From NCBI GenBank assembly GCA_000091205.1, contig AP006501.2: 64,000 bases of DNA; one strand, written 5' to 3'. Source of the DNA: Cyanidioschyzon merolae. Taxonomy: Eukaryota. Within the stretch, counting starts at the first letter, position 1, and each line of letters begins with the position of its first letter. Positions 32,956-43,204 of the stretch are shown piece after piece. The notes below the pieces were generated by a model that saw only the letters and a program-made list of their open reading frames with translations, was not told the DNA's origin and searched no databases. The position numbers and the translations under genes are program-made.

Positions 32956-35169
32956 ATGGAACACGAAGCGAACTTGAACGATCTATCACTCGACGACAGG
33001 GGCAAACGAGAGCGTCCAGCACCTGAATCCGAAGCTCCACCCTACGTGAACCATCGGATCAGCTGCTGGGAACGTTTCCGCCAACACAAACAAGGCACAC
33101 TGCTGGGATCAAACGGCAGCAGCGACGAGATTTTGATCAAGCTACCCGATGGCACGAGTACTCGAGGCAAACGGTACGAGACCAGTCCCTGGGATGTGGC
33201 GCAGAGCCTGGGACGTGACCTTGCAGAGCGCTCGGTTGTGGCTCTGGTCGACGGGGAGCCCTGGGACATGAACCGACCGCTAGAGGCTGACTGCAGCGTC
33301 GACTTTCGCTCGTTCGATACTCCCGAGGGTCGAGCTGTGTTCTGGCATTCGACAGCGCACATGCTCGGAGAAGCGATGGAGTACAAATACCACGGTGAAC
33401 TATGCATAGGGCCTCCTGTTGAAGACGGTTTCTACTACGACATCTTTCTCGGTGAGCGAGCGATCACTCCGGAGGACCTCGCCGACCTGGAGCGAAGGAT
33501 TCAGCGCATCATGAAAGACAAGGGGCGTACCTTTGAACGCATGGAGCTCACCAAGAGTGAGGCGTTGGAAATGTTCGGCTACAATCGGTTCAAGTGCGAG
33601 CTCATCGAAAAACTGGGCGAAGGGGAAACAATCACTGCGTATCGCGATGGGCCTTTTATCGATCTATGCCGAGGGCCGCACGTCCCATCCTGCGGCCGTG
33701 TCAAGGCAGTGAAGCTCACCCGCCTCGGACAAGCGTACTGGCTGGGAAAGGCCCAAAACCCGTCGCTTCAACGAGTATACGGTATTTCTTTCCCCGACAA
33801 GCAGCAGCTGAAGGAATGGGAGCGACGGATAGAGGAGGCAGCCAAAAGAGACCACCGCAAAATCGGACGCGATCAGGAGCTGTTCTTTTTTCACCCGTAC
33901 AGCCCCGGAAGCTGTTTCTTTCTGCCACATGGGACACGCATCTACAATCGCTTGTTGGAATTTATGCGCCGCGAGTACTGGAATCGCGGCTATGAAGAGG
34001 TGCTTACCCCGACCGTCTTCGATTTTGCGCTGTGGGAGGCCAGCGGCCACGCGGCGAACTATCGCGAGAACATGTTCAGCTTCGAAGTCGAACAGAGAGC
34101 GTTCGGCCTCAAGCCCATGAATTGTCCTTCTCACTGTCTGATCTATGCGTCTCGTGTGCGATCGCATCGGGAGCTGCCGCTTCGCCTGGCCGACTTTGGT
34201 ATCCTGCATCGCAACGAACTGAGCGGAACCCTGACTGGTCTCACTCGTGTTCGCAAGTTCGAGCAGGACGATGCGCACATATTCTGTACGCCTGCACAGG
34301 TTGAATCAGAAGTTCTCGGTTTCCTGAAATTCCTCGAGCACGTCTACCAGATATTCGGCTTCAAATTTGAGCTCGAGCTCTCTACGCGACCAGAAAAATT
34401 CATGGGCGACCCAGCGCTCTGGGACCGAGCGGAGTCCATGCTTGCGCAGGCACTATGTCAGTTCACAGGCAAACAACGCGACGAACCTGGCGGCTGGCGC
34501 CTGAATCCCGGTGACGGTGCCTTCTATGGCCCCAAAATCGACATCAAACTCTTCGATGCGCTGCAGCGGCGACACCAGTGTGCTACCGTTCAACTGGATT
34601 TTCAGTTGCCAATTCGCTTTGATCTTCGTTACACGGCTGCGGGTGCCAGCACTGAGGACGGCAACGCGGCTGCAAGCGGACCGGTACTGGCACCAGTCGC
34701 GGAGCGCAGCCTCGACACCACCGATGCCACGCCCGAGGACGCCAAAGTCGTTCCCGCCTCGCACGACGTTCATCGGCCCGTGATGATTCACCGCGCGATT
34801 TTCGGCTCATTCGAGCGCTTCATCGCGATCATCACGGAGCACTATGGAGGAAAATGGCCGTTCTGGCTTTCACCGAGGCAGGTTGCTGTCCTGCCAGTGA
34901 GCGATCGATTTCTTCACTATGCGCAGCAGGTGCACCAGCGTATTCACGACGCAGGCTTCTTCGTGGACGTCGATAGCTCCGATCGCAAACTGGCGAAAAA
35001 GATTCGGGAAGCACAACTTGCCCAGTATAACTATATTCTTGTGGTCGGTGAAAAGGAGCAGGCCGACGGAACTGTGAATGTGAGAACACGGGACAATGAG
35101 GTTCACGGTGAGCGTACGATTGATCAAATCATTTCCGAGTTTCGCCAGTTGACAGAGCGATTCCAATAA
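32956..35169 (+). CDS. Threonyl-tRNA synthetase
   Basis: 737 aa; RDHRKIGRDQELFFFHPYSPGSCFFLPHGTRIYN, class II motifs, HRAIFGSFERF and a C-terminal anticodon-binding domain. Confidence 0.9.
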   Translation: MEHEANLNDLSLDDRGKRERPAPESEAPPYVNHRISCWERFRQHKQGTLLGSNGSSDEILIKLPDGTSTRGKRYETSPWDVAQSLGRDLAERSVVALVDGEPWDMNRPLEADCSVDFRSFDTPEGRAVFWHSTAHMLGEAMEYKYHGELCIGPPVEDGFYYDIFLGERAITPEDLADLERRIQRIMKDKGRTFERMELTKSEALEMFGYNRFKCELIEKLGEGETITAYRDGPFIDLCRGPHVPSCGRVKAVKLTRLGQAYWLGKAQNPSLQRVYGISFPDKQQLKEWERRIEEAAKRDHRKIGRDQELFFFHPYSPGSCFFLPHGTRIYNRLLEFMRREYWNRGYEEVLTPTVFDFALWEASGHAANYRENMFSFEVEQRAFGLKPMNCPSHCLIYASRVRSHRELPLRLADFGILHRNELSGTLTGLTRVRKFEQDDAHIFCTPAQVESEVLGFLKFLEHVYQIFGFKFELELSTRPEKFMGDPALWDRAESMLAQALCQFTGKQRDEPGGWRLNPGDGAFYGPKIDIKLFDALQRRHQCATVQLDFQLPIRFDLRYTAAGASTEDGNAAASGPVLAPVAERSLDTTDATPEDAKVVPASHDVHRPVMIHRAIFGSFERFIAIITEHYGGKWPFWLSPRQVAVLPVSDRFLHYAQQVHQRIHDAGFFVDVDSSDRKLAKKIREAQLAQYNYILVVGEKEQADGTVNVRTRDNEVHGERTIDQIISEFRQLTERFQ

Positions 35170-35279
35170 AGCATTTCGAGTGTATCGCAACAGTACCCAT
35201 CCGCTGGACAGCGACGAACCGGCGTGCATCGGATCTAGCGACTCGAGCCGGTCTCGTGCATTGACGCGTTTCGAGTACC

Positions 35280-35785
35280 TAGAGACGATAGCGTGTGTGT
35301 CTGTACACCGATTTGCAGACGCCCCCCCCCCCCCCCGGGTTTTGCTCTAAGGGCCCCATGCCATCGGCTTTAGTTTCTTCTCGTGCACCTCGAGCCGGAG
35401 AGGATGTCCAACAAAGCTTGATCGCCTCAGCTCCTCGGGTCTTGTGTTCAGCACCGCACTTCTCCGGATATGGATCGCAGCGTTGAAGTCTCGGTTCACG
35501 AACTCCATGCATGTATTGCCGCTGTGGTTGAATTCACCAATGCAAGGGTTGATAGGACTCGTTCCCTCTGTACCAGTACAGTCTCGTCATCTACCCGTCA
35601 GGCAAACATCTTTTCTGACATATCTCCCCTCTTCGTATGCTCATTCTTCCTGCTCTTCTTCGCTTCATAGTCGACGAGAAGAGGATATTTTTGAAGCATC
35701 CAGCGATGATGACGGCCCTGCGGGATCCCCGACTTGCAAGTCCATACCTTTTCCTTGGATTTTATTTGCACTTTAAATCAACGCA
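35280..35785 (-). mobile_element. Copy F: internal-deletion derivative of the Fanzor-like family; contains a C16 tract
   Basis: 5' region aaaatccaaggaaaaggta...gtcggggatcccgcagggcc homologous to H and A; 3' region is diverged RuvC-III-like (antisense frame IAALKSRFTNSMHVLP); poly-C at 35322-35338. Confidence 0.55.
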
Positions 35786-36167
35786 CTTGGAATGCACCTG
35801 CTGTAACTCATGAAACCGCTTTTGATACCAGGCACCTGGATATGGAACACCATCGAGTTGATAGCCTAGAATCGGGGAATGGATCTCAGGGCAGCCGCCG
35901 TCGCCGCCGCTGCCGCCGCTGCATCGATCCACTCTCAGCGCAGCGCAGCAGCAGGGCGATGCAGTGCTCATCTGCAACCTCCGAAAACGTCCTACAAGGT
36001 GTTGCGTGAAGTACACGAGCACCTGTTTATCCTGGGGAATTTTCGAGGCAATCGATAGGTGTTTCTTTTTGGGGGCGGCTGCTGCGGCGATCGCTTGCTT
36101 TTTCATAGCGAGCACGGAGAGGCAGGGCTTGTCATCGGAGGGTACCGCTTGCTCCGCCCCCGTCACA

Positions 36168-36719
36168 ATGAGTGCGGGAACAAGTCCCGTCTCACGCAAG
36201 TCTGAGGAAGCAGACGTGGTGAAACCGAGACTTCCCCCGAATCTTCAGTTTCCAGAACGAAATCCTTCAGAAAAATTTGCTGAGATGGTGTTGGAGTCTT
36301 GCGCATTCAAGGCCGTAGCTGCGGCAATCGCTGGTGGCGGTCTTGGCGTTGCCCTGGGACTCTTCATCGGCGGCTTTTCAGCCGAGTTAGATCGGGCTGT
36401 CGAAGCGCAGTCGCCGTGGCGAGAGCAGCTTCGAGCATACGGGAAAGCGCTTGCGGCCCAGATCCGAACGTATTCGAAGAACTTTGCCCTCTGGGGAGCA
36501 ACATACACTATCGCGGAGTGCTCCGTGGAGAAGTACAGGGCGCGTCACGATCTCTGGAATAGCCTCATTGCCGGCTGTGCGACTGGTGCTGTGCTAGCTT
36601 CCCAGCCGCGAGCGTCCATGAGTGCTCGAACGCGCGGCCAGCAGATGTCGGTCGGCTGCCTGGGCGTCGCAGCGTTTAGCTGTGCCATCGACTACTGGCT
36701 AGAGCATCGGCACGCGTGA
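36168..36719 (+). CDS. TIM22: Mitochondrial import inner membrane translocase subunit TIM22 (Tim17/22/23 family)
   Basis: EMVLESCAFKAVAAAIAGGGLGVALGLFIGGFSAE ... GCATGAVLAS matches yeast Tim22; start taken at the Met at 36168. Confidence 0.8.
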   Translation: MSAGTSPVSRKSEEADVVKPRLPPNLQFPERNPSEKFAEMVLESCAFKAVAAAIAGGGLGVALGLFIGGFSAELDRAVEAQSPWREQLRAYGKALAAQIRTYSKNFALWGATYTIAECSVEKYRARHDLWNSLIAGCATGAVLASQPRASMSARTRGQQMSVGCLGVAAFSCAIDYWLEHRHA

Positions 36720-39056
36720 ATGAATATGGTGAACTAGGTGTTTGCTGTCCGTAACGGTCACTCGTTGCTGGACCCCGCCAAGTAGGATGCGTTGGTGTTG
36801 TCGCTGGTGCGGCCAGCGCGCGACGCTCGAGAAAGCTGCACCAGGAAAAGCCCCTGAGCGATCGGAGCACATGGAGTATACCGCGGGTACCTGGTACGGA
36901 GCGAGAGCGCGGACCCCGCTGTGGCTGTGATTCGGGAATCAAAAAACGAATGCGGCCTTTGGTAGGCAGAGGTGACTTGTACCCAGTGAACGACTGTGAG
37001 GAATTTTGGAATCTGCTGAAGCATCGGAGGCACGCGGCGGACGCCCAGCCAGGACGCTGTGATGTCTTCCTCGTGCGCCATGGAGCGGGCGTGTGCGAAT
37101 GAAAGCGTCTAATCCGCTCCTATATTCGATACTTGGACGACTATTTCAGGTCTTTGTTGTTGTACGCAAACGTCACAGTGGTTTGAAATGTGCGCGCTTG
37201 CTCGTTTCGAGCAATGTCGCAGTGGCGAGCATGTCCGATCTGGAGCATTGCCCGATGCCCGGGAGCGTTCTGATCGCTCGATCTCTGCTACACGTTTTTG
37301 TTCTGAAGCACCGCTTGCGCTCGCAAATGACCATGAGGAAAAAGGGTCCTCTACGGCCGGTCTTGAACGACGCTGGTGCTTTCGATTCCCGCAGAGACGT
37401 CGTACTTTCGAATCTTTCCTTGTGACAGGTCGCGTGCGTGACGAACCGTGTAGGAATGGGATTTCGATCCAGATGATCAGCTGCGAGAGAACACAGTCTG
37501 AACCCGACGTCCGATTCATGACATTTCCCTGGGTGCTTTGCAGAGGGCTCGGCCCAGCGTCCAGTTCAAGTTCGATGCGACGGCATCGCGCATTCCTCGC
37601 AGTTCTTGGCGAGATGGGTCATGCCAATGACAGCAGCAGCAGTAGCTGCTGCTGCTGCTGCTGCTTCGGCACACACGGTAGATGCGATGGTGAAGAGGAA
37701 TCCTTGCCTGAGCGCCTCTGCAATGAGCAGCGTCTGAAGCGGCGTTGGCTTCGTTCCAGAATGAATGCGGGCGAAGCGGCGGCATCCGTGGTTCCCGTCG
37801 CAGCATTTGCACTGCTCTTCGGAGACGATATCCATTGAAGCTTCATCACGATCATGATGATCCAAGAGTTTTGTTTTGTATCTCTGACGCATACGCATTG
37901 TCGAGCGCTGGCTCTCGTGCGAGTTCGAATTTGCAGCACTAGATCGGCAGAGCATGTCTCGTCTTCCACAAGCGCCCTGCTATTGCCAAGGCTCCATGCG
38001 GCTTCTTTGCGTTCTCTGTCAAAGAGGCGCTCGCTAGATCACCGCCAGCAATGTAAACTTGGTGTTTGGTGTTGCGACTCTAATGAAAACTAGAGGCGGC
38101 CACAAATCGCTGCACAGAAAAGAGGGAAAGCGTGTCACACTGGTGCGACCCGTGTGCTGCCGGATAGCGCCCGAAGACACAGTATCCTGGGAGGCTGCAC
38201 GAGCCACCTCACGGTTGCCAAGTGTTGCGGAAACGTTCGCGATGTGTACTGGAGAGAATTCGACGACTCTGCCAAACACGACTTTTCGTGGATGCTTATG
38301 CGTCAAAATGCAACCGCCACTTCCCTTGAGCCGCCTCCGAACGACGCAACAGCATGTCAGAGCGCCCAACGATCCGCATGCCCTTCTTTACCTACAGCAA
38401 GTGCGCTGTTCCTAGGAGGTCTGTTCGCGGATAGAACCAACGTCTTGCAACCAGATTCATACGCTGCGGTCAACAGCGCCTAGCAAAGGATACTCATGAA
38501 CTTGTGTGAATGCCAGCACCAACTCGTTACCAATGTCTTTGCGCGAACCAAGAAGTCCTCCTAAAACCAAACCCAAATGCGACTGTAACCCACACCCAGT
38601 GTAGAATCCTTAAATCCCCTCTTTACCCGCAGCAGCCCGGCAGTGATCAGGGTCCTTCTCGCGAACAAGCGCAACTCTGCCCAAAAAGAGCCCTTCTTCG
38701 ACGCTAGACTTGCCTCGCAGACATAAAGCACGCACCGGCCACAGTTTCCCCAGCAGCTTTACTAGATCAAGGCGGAGCGCCACAGACACCAGTTCAATCG
38801 ACGTCCTAGACGTACATATTCCATGCGAACACCTCTTCCGTATTTTACAGTGCTCCAGCTTTCGACTATGCTACCGCGAACCTTACGGATTTGCACACGC
38901 TCCCCGTATCCACACAAAATCCTGCCAATAATATCACACATTCATCTACGCCCTGCTTCGATTCATCGATCCTGCACCATCACCAATAAACACGAAACAA
39001 ACGAGAGAAACCTGCATGCCGCTGATGAAAGCGCCCCACAGGCACGGAAGCGAATC

Positions 39057-39260
39057 CACGCGCAGGTTTTTTCATGGACAAGACGTTCACATAGGCCAGC
39101 GTTCTCCGATTATGCGCATTTTTCTTTTCTTACTTTTCTTGTGTGTTTTCTTTCAGTGCGCGGTGAGGTATCCATCAAACACCCGATCTCCAACGTACAT
39201 TACCGATACCTCTTCTCGGATATTCTGGTCGTTTCGTATCCGCATGCAGATCAACGCCAC
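39057..39260 (+). mobile_element. R2 repeat, longest copy (~185 bp)
   Basis: ttttttcatggacaagacgttcacataggccagcgttctccgattatgcgca...; flanked by ccacgcgcagg (39057) and ccacgcgcgg (39251). Confidence 0.55.
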
Positions 39261-39398
39261 GCGCGGCTGCGCTCTCGGATCGATCCGCTGTGGACGGCGC
39301 GAAACGGCGGCACCCGGCGCAGCGCCACCATAGCGGAAGGGGCGAACGCACCGTACCCCAAGTAGGATACCGGGGGCCTCCTTGTTGCGAACAGCGGC

Positions 39399-40877
39399 AT
39401 GACAGCGTGGTTACTGGCTCCCTCACCTGTCCATGCACGAAAGATGTTCAGTGCGAGCAGCCGGGTATGTGCGCTTGGAACGGGAAGGCAGCTGCCGGTG
39501 CAGGTGCCGTCGGCTCCGCAGCGAGCGGCACGGCGTACGCGCTCCCGGAAACGCCTCTCGTGCTCAACGGAGACGCACGTGCATCTCGTAGGTTTTGGTC
39601 TCGCTGGGGCAGCGTTAGCGTTTTATCTTTGTGAGCGCGCATCCCAGAGCCAACGGCTGACGATTAGTGTTGTCGACTCGGCCGGTGCGGGCTGTGCTGG
39701 TGGTGCAACGCACGCATCCGCTGGCATCCTGCACCCGTTTACGCCCCGCGGACGAAAGATTTGGCTTGGCGACGAGGGCCTCATTTGCATGCGAGAAATC
39801 CTAGGGGTTATATCTGAGAAAGACTCGTCGCCGGTTGCGCGGCGGAGTGGCCTGCTTCGTCTAGCGACCACCGACCGAGAAGCTGCGGACTATGCCGCAG
39901 CAGCAACGCAAATGTATCCGCAGCAGCTGTACTGGGATGCGGCTCGGAGTCAGCTTTACATTCCCGACGCGTGGGTTGTTGATGCGCCCGCGTACGTACG
40001 TGCCATTCGGCGGTACCTCGAGCGTAACCACTCCGACAAGCTCACGCTCTGGGAGACGCGTGAAGTGCGCTCGGTAGCCGACGAGTGCCGGCGGCTGCAG
40101 AGCCTTGCTGAGGCCAGCTGTGCAGCGGTTACTTTCCTGGTGATTGCAGCTGGCGCCAGCAGCAGGCTTCTGATTCCTTCATTGCCGCTGACATGGTGCG
40201 GTGGCCACAACCTTGTTTTCCGGAGCCAGGACTTGACGTGGCCGTCGCCCGAGTTCGCAGCGGCGAGCACGCTCACTGCCGGGTTTTCGTCAACAAGTGC
40301 ACCAGGCTCCGTGCCCCTGATCGGTCATGGGTCGTATCTGGTACCGACACCTGACGGCACTCGTGTCATTGGCGGTGCAACGAAGGAGTACGGTATGACG
40401 GCAACAGAGGTGCTCAAGGCGCAGTCTCGTTCACCGTCGGAACAGATGGCGCGAGCCACTTCGGCGCTGAGACAGCCTCTCAGTGCACTGCTTGGCAGGT
40501 ATGCAAACCTCGCAGAGCGCTACGCTGCCGGAGAGTCGCCGCTCTCGAATACAGGCATCCTGCGCGATCCGCTTGAGGCGCTCTACGGCGTTCGAGCGCT
40601 TCCGCCACGCAGTGCTCTCGGAGCGGTGCCTCTGCTTGGAGAGATCCAACATGAAGCGCTTTCCATGTTGGCAAGCACAAGCATACCAGAGAATACTCGC
40701 GTCCTGTATTTCACTGGTCTCGGCAGCCGCGGCTTAATCCATCACGGCATTATTGGCCGACTTGCAGCTGATGCTGTACTTCGCGGAGAGTCTGTCGTCT
40801 CGCTTGGCAGCGTGGCAAGTCCCACGGTACTTTCCTCGGTGCGTCGCGCGGCAGCGGCAGCTGTGGCCGCCTCCTGA
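39399..40877 (+). CDS. FAD-dependent oxidoreductase (DAO family)
   Basis: Rossmann motif HLVGFGLAGAALAFYL near the N-terminus; 492 aa. Confidence 0.6.
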   Translation: MTAWLLAPSPVHARKMFSASSRVCALGTGRQLPVQVPSAPQRAARRTRSRKRLSCSTETHVHLVGFGLAGAALAFYLCERASQSQRLTISVVDSAGAGCAGGATHASAGILHPFTPRGRKIWLGDEGLICMREILGVISEKDSSPVARRSGLLRLATTDREAADYAAAATQMYPQQLYWDAARSQLYIPDAWVVDAPAYVRAIRRYLERNHSDKLTLWETREVRSVADECRRLQSLAEASCAAVTFLVIAAGASSRLLIPSLPLTWCGGHNLVFRSQDLTWPSPEFAAASTLTAGFSSTSAPGSVPLIGHGSYLVPTPDGTRVIGGATKEYGMTATEVLKAQSRSPSEQMARATSALRQPLSALLGRYANLAERYAAGESPLSNTGILRDPLEALYGVRALPPRSALGAVPLLGEIQHEALSMLASTSIPENTRVLYFTGLGSRGLIHHGIIGRLAADAVLRGESVVSLGSVASPTVLSSVRRAAAAAVAAS

Positions 40878-41521
40878 CGGCGCCGTTCCGAGCTGCCAAA
40901 GTTCTCGACCACCACAAACCGTTTCCGTCGACTCAGCGGGCGGCAGAGTCGAATGGTGACCTTGTCTCCAAGAAGACAGCGATCCTCCTCGTCATGAGCC
41001 ATAAACCTACGCGTAACGAAACGGTACGTCTTGATTTTGGGCTCATATCGAAGTCGACGCGCGGCAACGACAACCGTCTTCTGCGGTGCGTTCGAAACCA
41101 CGACGCCGTGAATGCACTGCGCCCGACGTCGCCTCGTGAGGCTCAAGAGGCGCTTACAGAGCACCTCCTGGTTATCGGTGGGTCGCACCAAACCCCCGTA
41201 GGCCCGTAGCGCCTGCTTTAGTTCGTCGAGGCTCAGCGACTGAACTTGTTCGATTGGGGCGCCAAAGTAAGGCGCCGTATACACGGGACCCTGAACAACG
41301 CCTCTTGACTTGGTCGACTCTGAACAGTACCGAGGGAGCACAGCGTGATTCGTAACCAGCAGAAGGCCTGCTCGCCGCGTTCCACTGTCGCACAGCGGTC
41401 CAGTGCGTGGCCCCTGCAGACCTACGCCACTCGCGGAAGCGAGACTGAGAACGTTGCGCCTGACTATACGAGTCAGAGCAGTAAGCGCGCTGTACATTCC
41501 GTGTCCGTACGTGGAAACCAA
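40742..41521 (-). CDS. MRPS17: Mitochondrial ribosomal protein uS17 (S17) with an N-terminal extension
   Basis: GVVVSNAPQKTVVVAARRLRYEPKIKTYRFVTRRFMAHDEEDRCLLGDKVTIRLCRPLSRRKRFVV is the S17 signature. Confidence 0.7.
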   Translation of the reverse strand: MVSTYGHGMYSALTALTRIVRRNVLSLASASGVGLQGPRTGPLCDSGTRRAGLLLVTNHAVLPRYCSESTKSRGVVQGPVYTAPYFGAPIEQVQSLSLDELKQALRAYGGLVRPTDNQEVLCKRLLSLTRRRRAQCIHGVVVSNAPQKTVVVAARRLRYEPKIKTYRFVTRRFMAHDEEDRCLLGDKVTIRLCRPLSRRKRFVVVENFGSSERRRQEAATAAAAARRTEESTVGLATLPSETTDSPRSTASAASRPIMP

Positions 41522-41862
41522 ATGAAAACGAAAGGATCCCTACGTGTTTGTATGCACGCGTCGAGCCACCACAGTCTATCCACGTACCTATGGAAATGCG
41601 TACTTGCGGATACAGGCTTTTGCGTATCCGCCAGCGTCCTTGCCGGCCGCCGCGAGTGTGTCCGATCACCGATGCTGGAGCGCGCTCGCTGCCTCGACGC
41701 GCTCTGCTCAAGCGAAGCGCCTTGTTGCGAGTTGCTTGCACCTGGAGTTGACGAGTTTGGGGTACCAGCTCCCGTGGAGGGGCACGACGGACGTGTCCAC
41801 TGCGAGCCAGCCAGCCAGCCAGGTAGCCAGCCAGCCAGCGTCTCAGCGGAAGGTGCTTCGCG

Positions 41863-42204
41863 GTGGAAACCCAGTTATTCATGTCCTGCCAAACAGCGGC
41901 AGACTCGATAGCAACAGGAGTTGTGGGCGTAAGTCTATTGCTTCTGGTGTACTTTTTAAACCTGTTTGGGTACCTGCATGTGCAGCGCTGGCCTGATAGC
42001 GCAGTCTACGCGTCCCTCAACGCAATCGGGAGCGGGCTCTCCGCTGTGGCTAGCGGTCTGATCAGGTACTGGCCTTTTGTAGTATTGGAAGGCGTCTGGT
42101 GTTTGACGTCTCTTGCAGGACTTGGACGCATCTTGTACAGACACTGGAAAGGAAACCATAGCACAGCGAGCGCCGACGGAAGCAACACGAAAGACACAGG
42201 TTGA
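41863..42204 (+). CDS. Small hypothetical membrane protein (3 predicted TM)
   Basis: 113-aa ORF with hydrophobic segments; no recognised family. Confidence 0.3.
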   Translation: METQLFMSCQTAADSIATGVVGVSLLLLVYFLNLFGYLHVQRWPDSAVYASLNAIGSGLSAVASGLIRYWPFVVLEGVWCLTSLAGLGRILYRHWKGNHSTASADGSNTKDTG

Positions 42205-42492
42205 GTGAGCGCAGCTGGTACCCGAGACACCCGCGCTGCGACCGTGTTGGCAGTAACGCGAGTGCATACATATACACCAGCGGGCCTTTCGAGACGAACA
42301 CTCGGATAGGCCCCCGGTGCAATGATATATACGCACCGACCGTGCGCTGTTTGATTCAGGGGCGACCCTTTGCTTGGTCTCGTGGTGACTAAGTTTTGTT
42401 CCTTGTCGCCGGCACCATGGCTGTCAGCGTGTGCCGTGGAGGCCGAGCTATCGATTGAAGTTTTTCTGAACGAGCGCCTCGTAGGCGCCTGT

Positions 42493-43011
42493 CTACTGAA
42501 CGGAACACCAGCCCCGCGAAAAATACGGTTTAACAACCTCCGCGGTCGTCGCCGGTTGCGCCACCGTGCCAGTGCTGGAGCCACTGGTTCGTGCTGCTGC
42601 TGCTGCTGCTGCTGCTGCTTCCTTGCTGTGGGGCAGCTTTGACCCCTTGTCCTTCTTCTTCGGTTTGGAGGCCCCGGCTCCGGTGCTCTTTGGTGCTTTC
42701 TGTGACTTGGGCTTTTTCTTCTCTATTTTGTCCGGACGACGCTGCGCCGTAGCTTTGCTTTTCCGCGACAACTTGGACTCCCGTTCTAGTTTCAACGGTA
42801 TGGGCTCCCGTTTCGCTGCGCGGGCGGCTGCGGCAGCCGCGGCGGCGGCACGAGCCGGTGTTCGTCGCGGTGTGGGTAGTGGCGCCTCAGCCGTCGTGGG
42901 GCCGGCGGGTGCCGCCCTCGAAGGCAGCGCCGCCGTTGCCGCTTTTTTGTGCGGAATTTTTTGAGATTTTTTCTCTTCAGACTTGGTGCTTGATTTCATT
43001 TTCACGGTCAT
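42493..43011 (-). CDS. Lys/Ala-rich basic protein (histone-H1-like composition)
   Basis: Start taken at MTVKMKSS (43011); the longer N-terminal extension in the ORF track reads through tandem repeats and is an artefact. Confidence 0.35.
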   Translation of the reverse strand: MTVKMKSSTKSEEKKSQKIPHKKAATAALPSRAAPAGPTTAEAPLPTPRRTPARAAAAAAAAARAAKREPIPLKLERESKLSRKSKATAQRRPDKIEKKKPKSQKAPKSTGAGASKPKKKDKGSKLPHSKEAAAAAAAAARTSGSSTGTVAQPATTAEVVKPYFSRGWCSVQ

Positions 43012-43075
43012 AGAGGGTTGAGAGGGCCTTTCGTTATAGAAGAACGCGAAAACGTGGACCAAGCGCGCGACGTAA

Positions 43076-43197
43076 CGCATTCGTGCGTGCGCGCGCGAAT
43101 TCGTGCTTGTGCGCGCGCATTCGTGCGTGTGTGCGCGCTCTCGTGCGTGTGTGTGCGCGACGTAACGCATTCGTGCGTGTGTGCGCGCCTAGCGGCG
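43076..43197. repeat. ~6 tandem copies of a ~20-bp unit (attcgtgcgtgtgtgcgcgc) abutting the 3' terminus of copy B
   Basis: Seen directly: cattcgtgcgtgcgcgcgcg aattcgtgcttgtgcgcgcg cattcgtgcgtgtgtgcgcg ctctcgtgcgtgtgtgtgcgcg acgtaacgcattcgtgcgtgtgtgcgcg. Confidence 0.8.
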
Positions 43198-43204
43198 ACA
43201 TCTT

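Noticed and set aside
43076-43197. CRISPR-like array next to a TnpB-like gene
   Set aside because: The context is eukaryotic nuclear. The units are an imperfect contiguous minisatellite with no unique spacers between them.
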